33,867 bases of DNA from Chthoniobacterales bacterium (GTDB lineage Bacteria > Verrucomicrobiota > Verrucomicrobiia > Chthoniobacterales > JACTMZ01). Shown here one piece after another: positions 16,263 through 26,057 of the stretch. The stretch spans positions 1-33,867 of the forward strand of contig JBDHQL010000002.1 in NCBI GenBank assembly GCA_039807035.1, written 5' to 3'. Made by a program: the position numbers and the translations under genes. Below the pieces are notes generated by a model. It was not told where the DNA came from. It searched no databases and worked only from the letters and a program-made list of their open reading frames with translations. Position 1 is the stretch's first letter. Every line of letters begins with the position of its first letter.

Positions 16263-19226
16263 ATGGTTAATTTTATAATTAGAAAAATCATCGGCTCGAA
16301 AAATCAGCGGGAGATCAAACGCATGATGCCCGTGGTGCGCCGCATCAACGAACTCGAGCAACAATATCAGTCACTCCCCGATGACGAATTGCGCCGCATG
16401 ACGGCAGAGTGGAAGGCTCGCATTTCGGCCATTGAGGATTATGACGAGCGACAAAAGGCGTTAGACGAGATTTTGCCCGAGGCGTTTGCGGTGGTGAAAA
16501 ACACGGCGCGGCGTTTGTGCGGACAAATGATCACCGTGGTAGATCATCCCATCGAATGGCAGATGGTGCATTTCGATGTCCAGCTGATTGGCGGCATGGT
16601 GCTGCACAGCGGGCGCATTGCGGAAATGGCCACGGGTGAGGGTAAAACTTTGGTCGCCACGCTGCCGCTATTTCTCAATGCGCTGGCGGGACGCGGGGCG
16701 CATCTCATCACGGTGAATGACTATCTCGCTCGCCGTGACGCGGAATGGGTTGGAGAAATTTACCGGTTTTTAGGTCTGACGGTTGGCATTATTCAACACG
16801 ATCAGCCCCCCGATGTTCGCCGTGCGCAATATGCCTGTGACATCAGCTACGGAACCAACAGCGAGTTTGGGTTCGATTATTTGCGAGACAATGGCATGGC
16901 CACATCTCGCGAGCAACAAGTGCAGCGCGGGCATGCTTTTGCCATTGTGGACGAAGTGGATTCCATCCTTATTGATGAAGCGCGTACACCGCTCATCATT
17001 AGCGGGCCCGCTACGGTTTCCACGCATCAGTATGACCGCTTTAAGCCTCTCATTGAGCAGCTCGTTCGCAAACAAAGCATGCTCTGCACACGCCTCATCA
17101 CGGAGGTGAAGGAGCATTTGGATCAGGGTAATACCGAACTTGCAGGACGCGCTTTGTTTAAGGTCAAACTTGGCGAGCCGCGCAACAAAGGGCTCCTGCG
17201 GATGATGGAAGAACCCGAGATGCGCAAGCTGATTGATAAATCGGAACTGTCATTTTATCAGGACACGCAGAAAGAGGCGCTGGTGGCACTGAAGGAAGAA
17301 CTTTTTTACACCATCGAAGAACGTCAGCACGAAGCCGATCTCACCGAGCGCGGACGCTCGTACATGAATCCCGATGACCCCGATGCTTTTGTCTTGCCCG
17401 ATCTTATCAACGAGTTCACCGACATTGACCTCGATGCCTCGCTTTCCGATCAAGGCAAAGTTGAAGCGAAGGCCAAACGGCAAGAGTTTTTCGATCGTCA
17501 GGCCGAGCGTATCCACAACATTTCGCAACTTCTTAAAGCCTACTGCCTCTACGAAAAAGACGTCGAATATGTTGTCGAGGAAAACAAAGTCATCATCGTG
17601 GATCAATACACCGGACGCAAAATGCCCGGACGTCGTTGGAGTGATGGATTGCATCAGGCGGTAGAAGCCAAAGAGGGTGTGCAAATTGATCGTGAAACGC
17701 AGACGCTCGCCACGATTACAATTCAGAATTATTTTCGCCTTTACGACAAACTCTCGGGAATGACCGGAACGGCGGAGACCGAGGCCAATGAGTTCCACGA
17801 TATTTACGCGCTCGACGTGGTGGTGATTCCGACCAATCGGCCCGTGGCTCGTAAAGACGCCAACGATCGCATCTACAAAACGCGACGCGAAAAATATAAT
17901 GCCGTCATTGCTGAAATTCAGCGACGCAATGCAACGAAGCAACCGGTACTCGTCGGTACCGCGAGCGTGGAATCCTCGGAGCTGCTGAGCCGTATGCTTA
18001 AGCGGGATAAAATTCCGCACAATGTTCTCAATGCCAAATTCCACCTCCAGGAAGCAGAAATTGTGGCGCGGGCAGGCCAACCAGGAACCGTCACGATTTC
18101 CACCAACATGGCGGGGCGTGGCACCGATATTAAGCTCGGCCCGGGAGTGCAGGAACTCGGCGGGCTTCACGTCATTGGCACGGAACGTCACGAATCGCGG
18201 CGCATTGACCGGCAGTTGCGCGGACGTTGTGCGCGTCAAGGTGACGCCGGAAGCTCGCAATTTTTCGTCAGCTTCGAAGATGACCTTATGCGCAACTTCG
18301 GTGCGGCAGATCGTATGACGAAAATCATGGAACGCTTCGGCATGGCCGAGGGCGAGGAGCTGGAACATCCGTGGCTCAACAAAAGCGTGGAAACCGCGCA
18401 GAAGCGTGTGGAGCAACGCAATTATATGGTGCGCAAACGCACCTTGGAGTTTGACGACGTGATGAATCAGCAACGCGGTGTCATTTACGGACTTCGCAAC
18501 GATGCGATTGAAACCGACAATCCTCGGGCCATGATTTACGAAATCGTGGATGAGGCAGTACCGCGAAAAGTTGCGGATTTACTTTCGCCCAACGAAGACA
18601 ATGTCGTGGACTACGATGGGCTTTTGCAGTGGGTGAATATGACATTTCCGCTGGGGTTAAAAAAAGAGAGCGCAGAATTTGAGACGCGAAGCGAGGAAGA
18701 AAACGCCAAGTTTCTTGTCGAAAAAATTAAAGCCGCGTACGAAATGAAGGCCGGTCACGAGCAGGGCGACGCGCTGAAAATGTTGGAGCGTTACATCATG
18801 CTCAATGCGATTGACCGCCTATGGCAAGAGCATCTCTACGCGATGGACGGCCTGCGTGAAGGCGTTTATTTGCGGGCTTACGGGCAAAAAGACCCCTTGG
18901 TAGAATACAAAGCCGAGGCCTACAAAATGTTCGTCGAGCTGATGGATCACATCCGAGGCGAAGTGCTTACCAACCTTTTCCGTAGCACGACCAACCTTGC
19001 GTCCTTTGAGTCCTTCCTTAGCTCGCTCCAGCAGCGGTTTTCCGATGGTCAAGCCACCGATGACAGCACCGTCATCGCAGGTGCGGCATCCTCAGCGGAG
19101 GGAAATTCCGAAGAATTAAAAATGGAACTTCCCTTGCGTCGAGAAGCACCCAAAGTTGGCCGCAAAGATCCGTGTCCGTGTGGGAGCGGAAAAAAATACA
19201 AATCGTGCTGCGGGCGAATGGCGTGA
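16263..19226 (+). CDS. secA: Preprotein translocase ATPase SecA
   Basis: [21 protein letters not shown] matches the SecA N-terminal consensus, so ATG 16263 is preferred over GTG 16251. Walker [49 protein letters not shown], and C-terminal zinc finger [14 protein letters not shown]. Confidence 0.97.
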   Translation: MVNFIIRKIIGSKNQREIKRMMPVVRRINELEQQYQSLPDDELRRMTAEWKARISAIEDYDERQKALDEILPEAFAVVKNTARRLCGQMITVVDHPIEWQMVHFDVQLIGGMVLHSGRIAEMATGEGKTLVATLPLFLNALAGRGAHLITVNDYLARRDAEWVGEIYRFLGLTVGIIQHDQPPDVRRAQYACDISYGTNSEFGFDYLRDNGMATSREQQVQRGHAFAIVDEVDSILIDEARTPLIISGPATVSTHQYDRFKPLIEQLVRKQSMLCTRLITEVKEHLDQGNTELAGRALFKVKLGEPRNKGLLRMMEEPEMRKLIDKSELSFYQDTQKEALVALKEELFYTIEERQHEADLTERGRSYMNPDDPDAFVLPDLINEFTDIDLDASLSDQGKVEAKAKRQEFFDRQAERIHNISQLLKAYCLYEKDVEYVVEENKVIIVDQYTGRKMPGRRWSDGLHQAVEAKEGVQIDRETQTLATITIQNYFRLYDKLSGMTGTAETEANEFHDIYALDVVVIPTNRPVARKDANDRIYKTRREKYNAVIAEIQRRNATKQPVLVGTASVESSELLSRMLKRDKIPHNVLNAKFHLQEAEIVARAGQPGTVTISTNMAGRGTDIKLGPGVQELGGLHVIGTERHESRRIDRQLRGRCARQGDAGSSQFFVSFEDDLMRNFGAADRMTKIMERFGMAEGEELEHPWLNKSVETAQKRVEQRNYMVRKRTLEFDDVMNQQRGVIYGLRNDAIETDNPRAMIYEIVDEAVPRKVADLLSPNEDNVVDYDGLLQWVNMTFPLGLKKESAEFETRSEEENAKFLVEKIKAAYEMKAGHEQGDALKMLERYIMLNAIDRLWQEHLYAMDGLREGVYLRAYGQKDPLVEYKAEAYKMFVELMDHIRGEVLTNLFRSTTNLASFESFLSSLQQRFSDGQATDDSTVIAGAASSAEGNSEELKMELPLRREAPKVGRKDPCPCGSGKKYKSCCGRMA

Positions 19227-21847
19227 TGTCGGAGATTTCCAAAGCTTACGATCCCGGCGCGGTGGAGGAACGTCGTTATGCCGACTGGATTAAACGCGGC
19301 TGCTTTTCTGCGAATCCCGCATCGCCAAAACCCGCGTTCTCCATCGTCATTCCACCTCCCAATGTCACCGGCGTTCTCACCTTGGGGCATGTGCTCAATA
19401 ATACATTGCAGGACATTCTTGCGCGGCGGGCGCGTCAGCAAGGAAAGGAAGTTCTTTGGTTGCCCGGCACCGATCATGCGGGCATCGCCACACAAACGGT
19501 AGTCGAGCGGCAGTTGCGCAAGGAAGAACACAAAACTCGGCGCGATCTCGGACGCGAAGAATTTCTCAAGCGCGTATGGACGTGGAAGGAAAAGCACGGC
19601 GGCATTATTATTAAGCAGCTAAAACGCCTGGGGTGTTCCTGCGATTGGGATCGCGAGCGATTCACGATGGACGCCGATTATTCGCGGCAGGTGCAGGACG
19701 TGTTTGTGCGACTGTATGAAAAAGGGCTGATTTACCGTGGCAAACGCATGGTCAACTGGTGCCCCGCATCGCAGACAGCATTGAGTGATGAGGAAGTCAT
19801 CATGAAACCCACGAAGGGGAAACTTTACGTGATGCGCTACGAGGTGGCAGAAGAGCCCGGGACGTTTTTGGAAATTGCCACCACGCGACCGGAAACGTTG
19901 ATGGGCGATACCGCCGTAGCGGTTCATCCCGAGGACCCGCGTTATCAACACCTCATTGGAAAACATGCCGTACGTCCTTTTCCACGGGCCAAAATTCCCA
20001 TCGTTGCCGACACGCATATTGACATGACCTTCGGAACGGGTGTGCTCAAAGTGACACCGGCGCACGACAAAGCGGATTTTGAAATTGGTCAACGTCATGG
20101 ACTCGAAGTGCTCGATGTGTTGAATCCCGATGGGACGCTCAATGCGCTGGCGGGGCCGGAGTTTGCCGGCATGGAACGCTTTGCAGCACGTGACGCTGCC
20201 GCTGCGAAGTTAGCTGAAATGGGACTGCTCGTTCGGGAGGAGGATTACGAAAACAATGTGGGCTTTAGCGAGCGTGCCGATGTACCCATTGAACCACGGC
20301 TTAGCGAACAATGGTTTTTGCGTTACCCGCAAGTACCAGCCGCCCGCGAAGCCGTGGCGTCAGGAAAAATCCGTTTCGTCCCCGAGCGTTGGGCGAGAAT
20401 TTACGAGCACTGGATGACCAACATTCAAGACTGGTGCATTAGTCGTCAATTATGGTGGGGCCACCGAATTCCCGTGTGGTATCGCAAGGATGATTCCGCC
20501 GTGATGCACGTCGGTCTTGAAGCTCCTGCGGACGCGGAAAATTGGCGTCAGGATGAGGACGTTCTCGACACGTGGTTTAGTTCCTGGCTGTGGCCCTTTG
20601 CGACGATGGACGACGCGACGCGAGCGAAGTTTTATTCGACCAATGATCTTGTCACGGGGCCGGATATTATTTTTTTCTGGGTGGCGCGGATGATTATGGC
20701 GGGGCTGGAATTCACGGGCGAGATTCCATTTCAAAATGTTTTTTTCACCAGCATCATTCGCGATCTCAAAGGCCGAAAAATGTCCAAGAGCCTCGGCAAT
20801 TCGCCCGATCCCCTCGACCTCATGGCAAAATATGGCGCCGACGGATTGCGGTTCGGCCTCATGCGCATCGCCCCGCATGGGCAGGATGTACGGTTTGATG
20901 AACACCAAATTAAGGAAGGGCGAAACTTTGCCAATAAACTTTGGAACGCCGCCCGCTTTCGTGAAATGCAGGGTGCATCCCCCGCAACCAAGCCGCTCGC
21001 CGAGCACACGCTTTCGCCTTATTCCCTCGCGGTTCTCGTGGCCTTCGATGCTATGCACGCGGCCTACCGTCAGGCACTCGACAACTTCCATTTTCACGAA
21101 GCAGCGGCGGTGCTTTATGAATTTTTTTGGAATACGTATTGCGATTGGTATGTCGAGGCAAGCAAGGCGGAGATGACGGAAGGTGGCACCGCGGCCGAGG
21201 GCGTACGAGCGGTAATGGATCATATTCTCAGCGGCTATTTGCAGTTGTTGCATCCGTTTATGCCGCACATCACCGAAGAACTTTGGGAACGCCTTGGCTT
21301 TGCGCAGGGAGAAGGACGTGAGGCGTTGATTCTTTTTGCCGCCTTGCCGGCAGAAGACTCACTGCCATGGATGGCTGAGGAGGAAAAGGCAAAATCAGCG
21401 CAGGCTGTTCAAGCAATCTATGATGCCGTGCGAGCCGTGCGTGTGTTGCGAGCAGAGTTCAAAGTTCCCGCACATACCGAATGTGTCCTGCATTTGGCAC
21501 GAAGTGGCGACTTTACGAACTTCGATCTCGGCGTCTTTCGCTCCCTCGCAAAGGCCTCCAAAATTCTCGAAATGGAAGCACAAGCACCGGCTCAAAAAAT
21601 GCCGCATGTCCTAACGGCCTTGGGTGCGATTTACCTCGAACTGGAAATTGATGTCGAAGCCGAGCGGGCGCGTTTGCTTGCGGAGATGGCGAAGATTGAT
21701 ACCGAGATTGCCAAAGTTGACACCAAATTAGCCGACACATCCTTCACCCAAGGGGCACCTCCCCAAGTCATCGCCGCCTTTCAAAAGCGCGGTGATGAAT
21801 GGCGTACAAAACGTGCCAAACTCGAGTCGGTTCTAGCAAGTTTGTAG
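19226..21847 (+). CDS. valS: Valine--tRNA ligase
   Basis: [22 protein letters not shown]-terminus. HIGH-region PPPNVTGVLTLGHVLN, KMSKSLGN, and a C-terminal coiled coil. ATG 19226-19228 overlaps the secA TGA (TGATG). The ORF-track start at 19172 lies inside secA. Confidence 0.97.
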   Translation: MSEISKAYDPGAVEERRYADWIKRGCFSANPASPKPAFSIVIPPPNVTGVLTLGHVLNNTLQDILARRARQQGKEVLWLPGTDHAGIATQTVVERQLRKEEHKTRRDLGREEFLKRVWTWKEKHGGIIIKQLKRLGCSCDWDRERFTMDADYSRQVQDVFVRLYEKGLIYRGKRMVNWCPASQTALSDEEVIMKPTKGKLYVMRYEVAEEPGTFLEIATTRPETLMGDTAVAVHPEDPRYQHLIGKHAVRPFPRAKIPIVADTHIDMTFGTGVLKVTPAHDKADFEIGQRHGLEVLDVLNPDGTLNALAGPEFAGMERFAARDAAAAKLAEMGLLVREEDYENNVGFSERADVPIEPRLSEQWFLRYPQVPAAREAVASGKIRFVPERWARIYEHWMTNIQDWCISRQLWWGHRIPVWYRKDDSAVMHVGLEAPADAENWRQDEDVLDTWFSSWLWPFATMDDATRAKFYSTNDLVTGPDIIFFWVARMIMAGLEFTGEIPFQNVFFTSIIRDLKGRKMSKSLGNSPDPLDLMAKYGADGLRFGLMRIAPHGQDVRFDEHQIKEGRNFANKLWNAARFREMQGASPATKPLAEHTLSPYSLAVLVAFDAMHAAYRQALDNFHFHEAAAVLYEFFWNTYCDWYVEASKAEMTEGGTAAEGVRAVMDHILSGYLQLLHPFMPHITEELWERLGFAQGEGREALILFAALPAEDSLPWMAEEEKAKSAQAVQAIYDAVRAVRVLRAEFKVPAHTECVLHLARSGDFTNFDLGVFRSLAKASKILEMEAQAPAQKMPHVLTALGAIYLELEIDVEAERARLLAEMAKIDTEIAKVDTKLADTSFTQGAPPQVIAAFQKRGDEWRTKRAKLESVLASL

Positions 21848-22083
21848 AATCGTAACGGGGTTGATGCGGCAAACCTCGTAGGCACGCGCGGGCATTTCTG
21901 CCTGCCGCTGGCGCTTGGGTGTGGTTGTTTTTAAATCACAGGAAAAATCGGGGGCCCTACTTCTATAAGAAAGTTTGCATTTTTGAAAAAGATGGTAAGT
22001 TAACAGTTATGAACGAAAACCACTGAGGGGTTGTCGTATGACGTTTTGAAACTCATGACGTTACCCCCATTTAGGAGTAAACC

Positions 22084-25000
22084 ATGAAAAAATTTGCGCT
22101 GCTCTATATTCCCGTTGCGCTTGTTATTTTATTGGTAGTAATTTGGGTGGGGCTTGTTTTAACTCACTCAGACAAGGAAAAAGTTTTTGCTTCGCAAATT
22201 GCTCAGGTGGAATTTGGAAATGAGGTGGCATCCTCCTGGATTAAAACGTCCTTAGATCATGTTCAAGGGATGATGAGAGAGCCGGGCATCCTGACCTCTA
22301 CGCAACACCCCCCCTCGGAAGCTCAATCTTGGATGGAGTCGCATTTAATGACGCTGCTCTATCGTAATCCGCTCTATGATCGTGCGCGATGGGTGAGCAA
22401 GAGAGGTCAGGAGCTGGTGCGCATTCAACAAACCGAAGATAAACCCGCATCTATCCCGCAAGATAAGTTGGCCAATGTGTCCGAGCGTTTGTGGTTTCAG
22501 GATATTTTATCCCAGCCGCCGGATAAAATGTATCTGTCTCCCTTGAATCTCAGCATGGAGGAAAATTCATACGAAAAACCTCTAAAGCCGGTGATTCGTT
22601 TTGGAGCGCGCCTTCCCTTAGAGGGCGAAGCCGATGACGATATCTTAGTCGTAAATCTCCGCGCAGATACGCTGCTTGAACGACTGAGAGGCATCAAAGG
22701 GCCAGAAGGTCTCGGCTCCATTATGCTGCTTAATTCGCAAGGCGATTGGTTAATAAGCTCTGATCGTCAGGATGATTTTGCATTTGCCCGTGGCGTGAAG
22801 GAAAATTCTTTTGCTAAGCGTTACCCGATCGCATGGGCGCAAATGGTCAATACATCGAACGGTCAGATAATAACAGCCGATGGACTATGGACTTGGGCGA
22901 CCATTGATCCTCTCTCCATTGTTGGGAACGAAATTGTCACCAAGGAATCATGGAAACTGGTGGCTTATATTCCGGCTCAAGTCATGACAGCCATGGTGTG
23001 GAATCGTTGGTGGCCCTTGCTGACGATCGCTGCGGTAGCTCTTGGTATCCTGGCTGTAGGAGGCTGGAAATATCGTCAGCTTTCGGAGCAAAGAGATGCG
23101 GGAAAATTTGAGCTGGCTCTTACCGCAGAAAAACAGGCCGCAGAGCGAAAACTCCGCACAGCAATCGAAGGTGCTGAAGTCGGCGTGTGGAGTTGGGATT
23201 TTGCCACAAACGTGCTCATCTGGTCGGAAATTTGTAAACAGCACCTAGCTTTACCTGCAGGAGAAAAAGAAAGTTTTGAGCACTTTTATGGAGCCGTCCA
23301 TCCCGACGACCTCGACCGCATCAAGAGCCTCATCGAAGAATCCATAAAGCAACAGCAAAGTTATTCCACCGAATGCCGTATCGTTCATGCGGATGGCACC
23401 ATCCGCTGGGTTGCAGCTCAAGGACGAACTTTTTTAAATGCGGATGGCAGCATCGAAAGCATGGGCGGTGCCACTCTTGATGTGACACGTCGGAAGGAAG
23501 CGGAGCAAAAATTGCAGGAGCTTAATTTTGCCTTGGAACACCGAATCGAAGAGCGCACGGCAAGCCTTTCAGCAGCGAGAGAGCGTTTAAGCAAAACTAT
23601 TGAAAGTGCTCCGTCGGGTGTCGGCCTTATTTCATCCGAAGGACGCTTGCTGGAAGCAAACCCCGCCTTTTGCGCCTTCCTCGGGAGAGACATTGACACC
23701 CTCAAGTCCATGACTTGGCAGGACCTCACATATCCCGACGACCTTCAAGCTGACCTTGATTACGTCAATCAAATGAAGGCTAATAAAATTCAGAACTACC
23801 AAATCCAAAAGCGCTATGTGCGTCCCGATGGTTCGATCGTGTGGGGGCTCCTCTCCGTCGCTTGTTTGCGCCATGCCGATGGAGCAATCCAGTATTTCAT
23901 TTCCCAAATTGCCGATATCAACGATGAGGTTCAAGCACGCTTTAGCCTTGCGGACTCGCAAAATCGCTTCCGACTTCTGGCCGAAAACGCTTCCGATGTT
24001 GTGGTGCAGACGGATAATGAAGGCGTCATTCAATGGATTGCGTCCAGCACTTTAACCACGCTAGGGCTTGCTCCAAAGCAATTGAAAGGCATGGGACTCT
24101 GCAATCTCGTCCATCCCGAAGAATGGGATGCATTGGAATCGTTATTAGGCCAATTAAAACGAGGAACCCTCGGCAACATCGAGGCGCGTATTCGCATTGG
24201 AGAATCCGGCTATCGTTGGTTCTCTATTTCCATGCGTCCACTGCTGGACGCTTCGGGGCGCAGCATTGGATGTGTGGGTGGATTCCGCGACATCCATCAG
24301 CAAGTACAGGATCGCGAAGTCATTCAAGCGGAGCGTCGCCACCTTAAAACGACTCTCGATAGTATGCTCGATCCGCATGTCCTCGTTCAGCCCGTGCAAA
24401 GCACCGACGGGCGTGTGCAAGATTTCCTTTTTGCTTCGGCAAATCCGGCAGCTTGCGCTTGGACGGGTATCCCTCGAGACCGCCTTTTGGGGCGACGTAT
24501 GACGGAGCTTTTACCAGCTCTTGAAACGACGGGGCTCATGGACTTTTTCCGCAAAACTGCGGAGATTGGAATCGAAACCGTTTTAGATAATTTTGAGTTC
24601 CCTTTGGGAGACGCCATGACCCGCCTCGACATTCGCGCCGTCTATGTGGATGGCCGCGTCAGCATTTTCTGGCGCGATGTCACCGAACGCCATCTGGCTA
24701 TGGAACAAATTGCCGCATCAGAAGAACGCTATCGCTTGCTCGCACAGAACTCTTCGGATGTGGTCGTGCGAATTGATAAAGGCGATAAAATCCTCTGGAT
24801 TTCTCCCTCGATAACGCCAACTTTGGGTTGGGAGCCGGCAGACTGCGAAGGAAAAAATGTCCCTGAGTTTCTGGCAGATGATGTCTCCAAAGTACGATTT
24901 AAACTTGGAAAAAGCCGGCTCACCGAAGGTCAAGCCGTCGTGAACCGCTTCAAAATGCGTACAAAAAATGGCGCAGAGCATTGGATTGAATTTCATGCCG

Positions 25001-25632
25001 GCCCCGATCGGGATAAAGACGGGCAAATTGTCGGCGTGATTGCGTCATTTCGCATTGTGGATCGAGAGGTCGCCTCGGAGCGACAATTGGAAAAACTCGC
25101 GAAGAGCGATGCGCTCACGGGGCTTAATAATCGCCGCAGCTTCGAAATTTTTGGCCGTCGCGAAGTTTCACGTGCCTGCCGTCATGGAGAACCTCTTGCT
25201 GTTCTCATGATGGATATAGATCACTTTAAGCCGATTAACGACACATATGGACACGACGCCGGGGATGAAGTATTGAAATCCTTGGCTCAAATAGGCGTTT
25301 CCCAATTGCGCGATATAGATTTGCTGGCACGCTTAGGCGGTGAAGAGTTTGCCATTCTGCTGCCCAATACCGACCTCACAAATGCACAAATCGTCGCCGA
25401 AAGAATGCGGCAAACTTTGGCAGAAACCCCTGTTCCAACCAGCGATGGCCACAGCATTGTCTTCACTGTATCTATTGGCATTGTAGCTCTTAGCGATACT
25501 TTGAGAGATTTGAAGGCCCTTCTCAAAAAGGCCGATGAAGCCCTTTACCATGCTAAAAACACCGGCAGAAACCGCGTGTGCTCAATCCAAGATGAAGACC
25601 TTTTTGAAACTGTTACCGCAGAGACAGTTTAG
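22084..25632 (+). CDS. Membrane sensor diguanylate cyclase: TM, Cache-like periplasmic domain, TM, about five PAS/PAC modules, GGDEF
   Basis: 1182 aa. TM1 is ALLYIPVALVILLVVIWVGLVL. A roughly 270-aa extracytoplasmic region has a Cache-like pattern (LSPLNLSMEENSYEKPLKPVIRFGARL, ILVVNLRADTLL). TM2 is WWPLLTIAAVALGILAVGGW. Recurrent PAS starts include FRLLAENASDVVV and YRLLAQNSSDVVV. The GGDEF domain has active-site GGEEF and an I-site RDID five residues upstream. AGGAG lies 6 nt before the ATG. Confidence 0.92.
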   Translation: MKKFALLYIPVALVILLVVIWVGLVLTHSDKEKVFASQIAQVEFGNEVASSWIKTSLDHVQGMMREPGILTSTQHPPSEAQSWMESHLMTLLYRNPLYDRARWVSKRGQELVRIQQTEDKPASIPQDKLANVSERLWFQDILSQPPDKMYLSPLNLSMEENSYEKPLKPVIRFGARLPLEGEADDDILVVNLRADTLLERLRGIKGPEGLGSIMLLNSQGDWLISSDRQDDFAFARGVKENSFAKRYPIAWAQMVNTSNGQIITADGLWTWATIDPLSIVGNEIVTKESWKLVAYIPAQVMTAMVWNRWWPLLTIAAVALGILAVGGWKYRQLSEQRDAGKFELALTAEKQAAERKLRTAIEGAEVGVWSWDFATNVLIWSEICKQHLALPAGEKESFEHFYGAVHPDDLDRIKSLIEESIKQQQSYSTECRIVHADGTIRWVAAQGRTFLNADGSIESMGGATLDVTRRKEAEQKLQELNFALEHRIEERTASLSAARERLSKTIESAPSGVGLISSEGRLLEANPAFCAFLGRDIDTLKSMTWQDLTYPDDLQADLDYVNQMKANKIQNYQIQKRYVRPDGSIVWGLLSVACLRHADGAIQYFISQIADINDEVQARFSLADSQNRFRLLAENASDVVVQTDNEGVIQWIASSTLTTLGLAPKQLKGMGLCNLVHPEEWDALESLLGQLKRGTLGNIEARIRIGESGYRWFSISMRPLLDASGRSIGCVGGFRDIHQQVQDREVIQAERRHLKTTLDSMLDPHVLVQPVQSTDGRVQDFLFASANPAACAWTGIPRDRLLGRRMTELLPALETTGLMDFFRKTAEIGIETVLDNFEFPLGDAMTRLDIRAVYVDGRVSIFWRDVTERHLAMEQIAASEERYRLLAQNSSDVVVRIDKGDKILWISPSITPTLGWEPADCEGKNVPEFLADDVSKVRFKLGKSRLTEGQAVVNRFKMRTKNGAEHWIEFHAGPDRDKDGQIVGVIASFRIVDREVASERQLEKLAKSDALTGLNNRRSFEIFGRREVSRACRHGEPLAVLMMDIDHFKPINDTYGHDAGDEVLKSLAQIGVSQLRDIDLLARLGGEEFAILLPNTDLTNAQIVAERMRQTLAETPVPTSDGHSIVFTVSIGIVALSDTLRDLKALLKKADEALYHAKNTGRNRVCSIQDEDLFETVTAETV

Positions 25633-25689
25633 GGTTCGGGCGGGAGAGTGGGAAGATAAAGAGAAGCGCATCACAGAGTAACGCAGTTA

Positions 25690-25708
25690 CATAATGATAA
25701 TGTATAGT
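25690..25708. promoter_or_regulatory. Fur-box-like sequence in the AT-rich island upstream of nuoH
   Basis: CATAATGATAATGTATAGT versus the E. coli Fur consensus GATAATGATAATCATTATC gives 13/19 matches, including 11 contiguous (ATAATGATAAT). A CATTAT half-site follows at 25725-30. About 350 nt upstream of the nuoH ATG. Confidence 0.25.
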
Positions 25709-25808
25709 TGGGTTATACTTAGAACATTATAAATTTATGGAAATCCAAACGGTAGATTCTACGGGTGTGGTGAGGAAATAATGTGAGGCACCTTTAAAAG
25801 CTGCCTTC

Positions 25809-25937
25809 GGGTACCACGCCCGCCTCGAGTGTCGTTTCTCGCGCCCTCGCGGGAAACATCGTGAATAAAACGAAGTTCAGTCCGCGAGGGCGCGGACTGA
25901 CACAGCCGAGGCGACTGTGGCACCCATTGTGGTACCC
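25809..25937. other. Extended, roughly 129-nt, imperfect hairpin (structured RNA, large terminator, or MITE-like element) in the GGDEF-nuoH spacer
   Basis: Four nested complementary segments. GGGTACCAC (25809-17) pairs with GTGGTACCC (25929-37). GCCTCG pairs with CGAGGC (25907-12). GTGTC pairs with GACAC (25899-903). CGCGCCCTCGCGG (25840-52) pairs with CCGCGAGGGCGCG (25882-94). The apical 29 nt can pair further (AAC-TCG/CGA-GTT). Confidence 0.6.
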
Positions 25938-26057
25938 GTACTTCTAATTTTAATAGCAGGTCATTGCACAATAGTCCTTGCTGTTTGAGATTGAACCTCG
26001 AGGGCTCGTTCGCTATTTCTTATCCCTTGCGGTGCGCTTTGCCGTTTTGTAATTGCC

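Noticed and set aside
17250-18473. 407-aa minus-strand ORF
   Set aside because: It is antisense to secA, has no recognisable motifs, and shows the His/Arg/Phe-rich composition of an antisense frame. Shadow ORF.
20450-21268. 272-aa minus-strand ORF, plus smaller ORFs at 20731-21009 and 20736-21176
   Set aside because: They are antisense to or out of frame within valS, which fully explains the region.
21850-21950. Possible c-di-GMP (GEMM-I) riboswitch upstream of the GGDEF gene, prompted by CGGCAAACC
   Set aside because: Only the GCAAACC-like fragment matches. The second conserved half (ACGCAAAGC-type) and the paired P1/P2 architecture are not present. More likely this is the valS 3' region, with a weak 7-bp hairpin (21888-21905).
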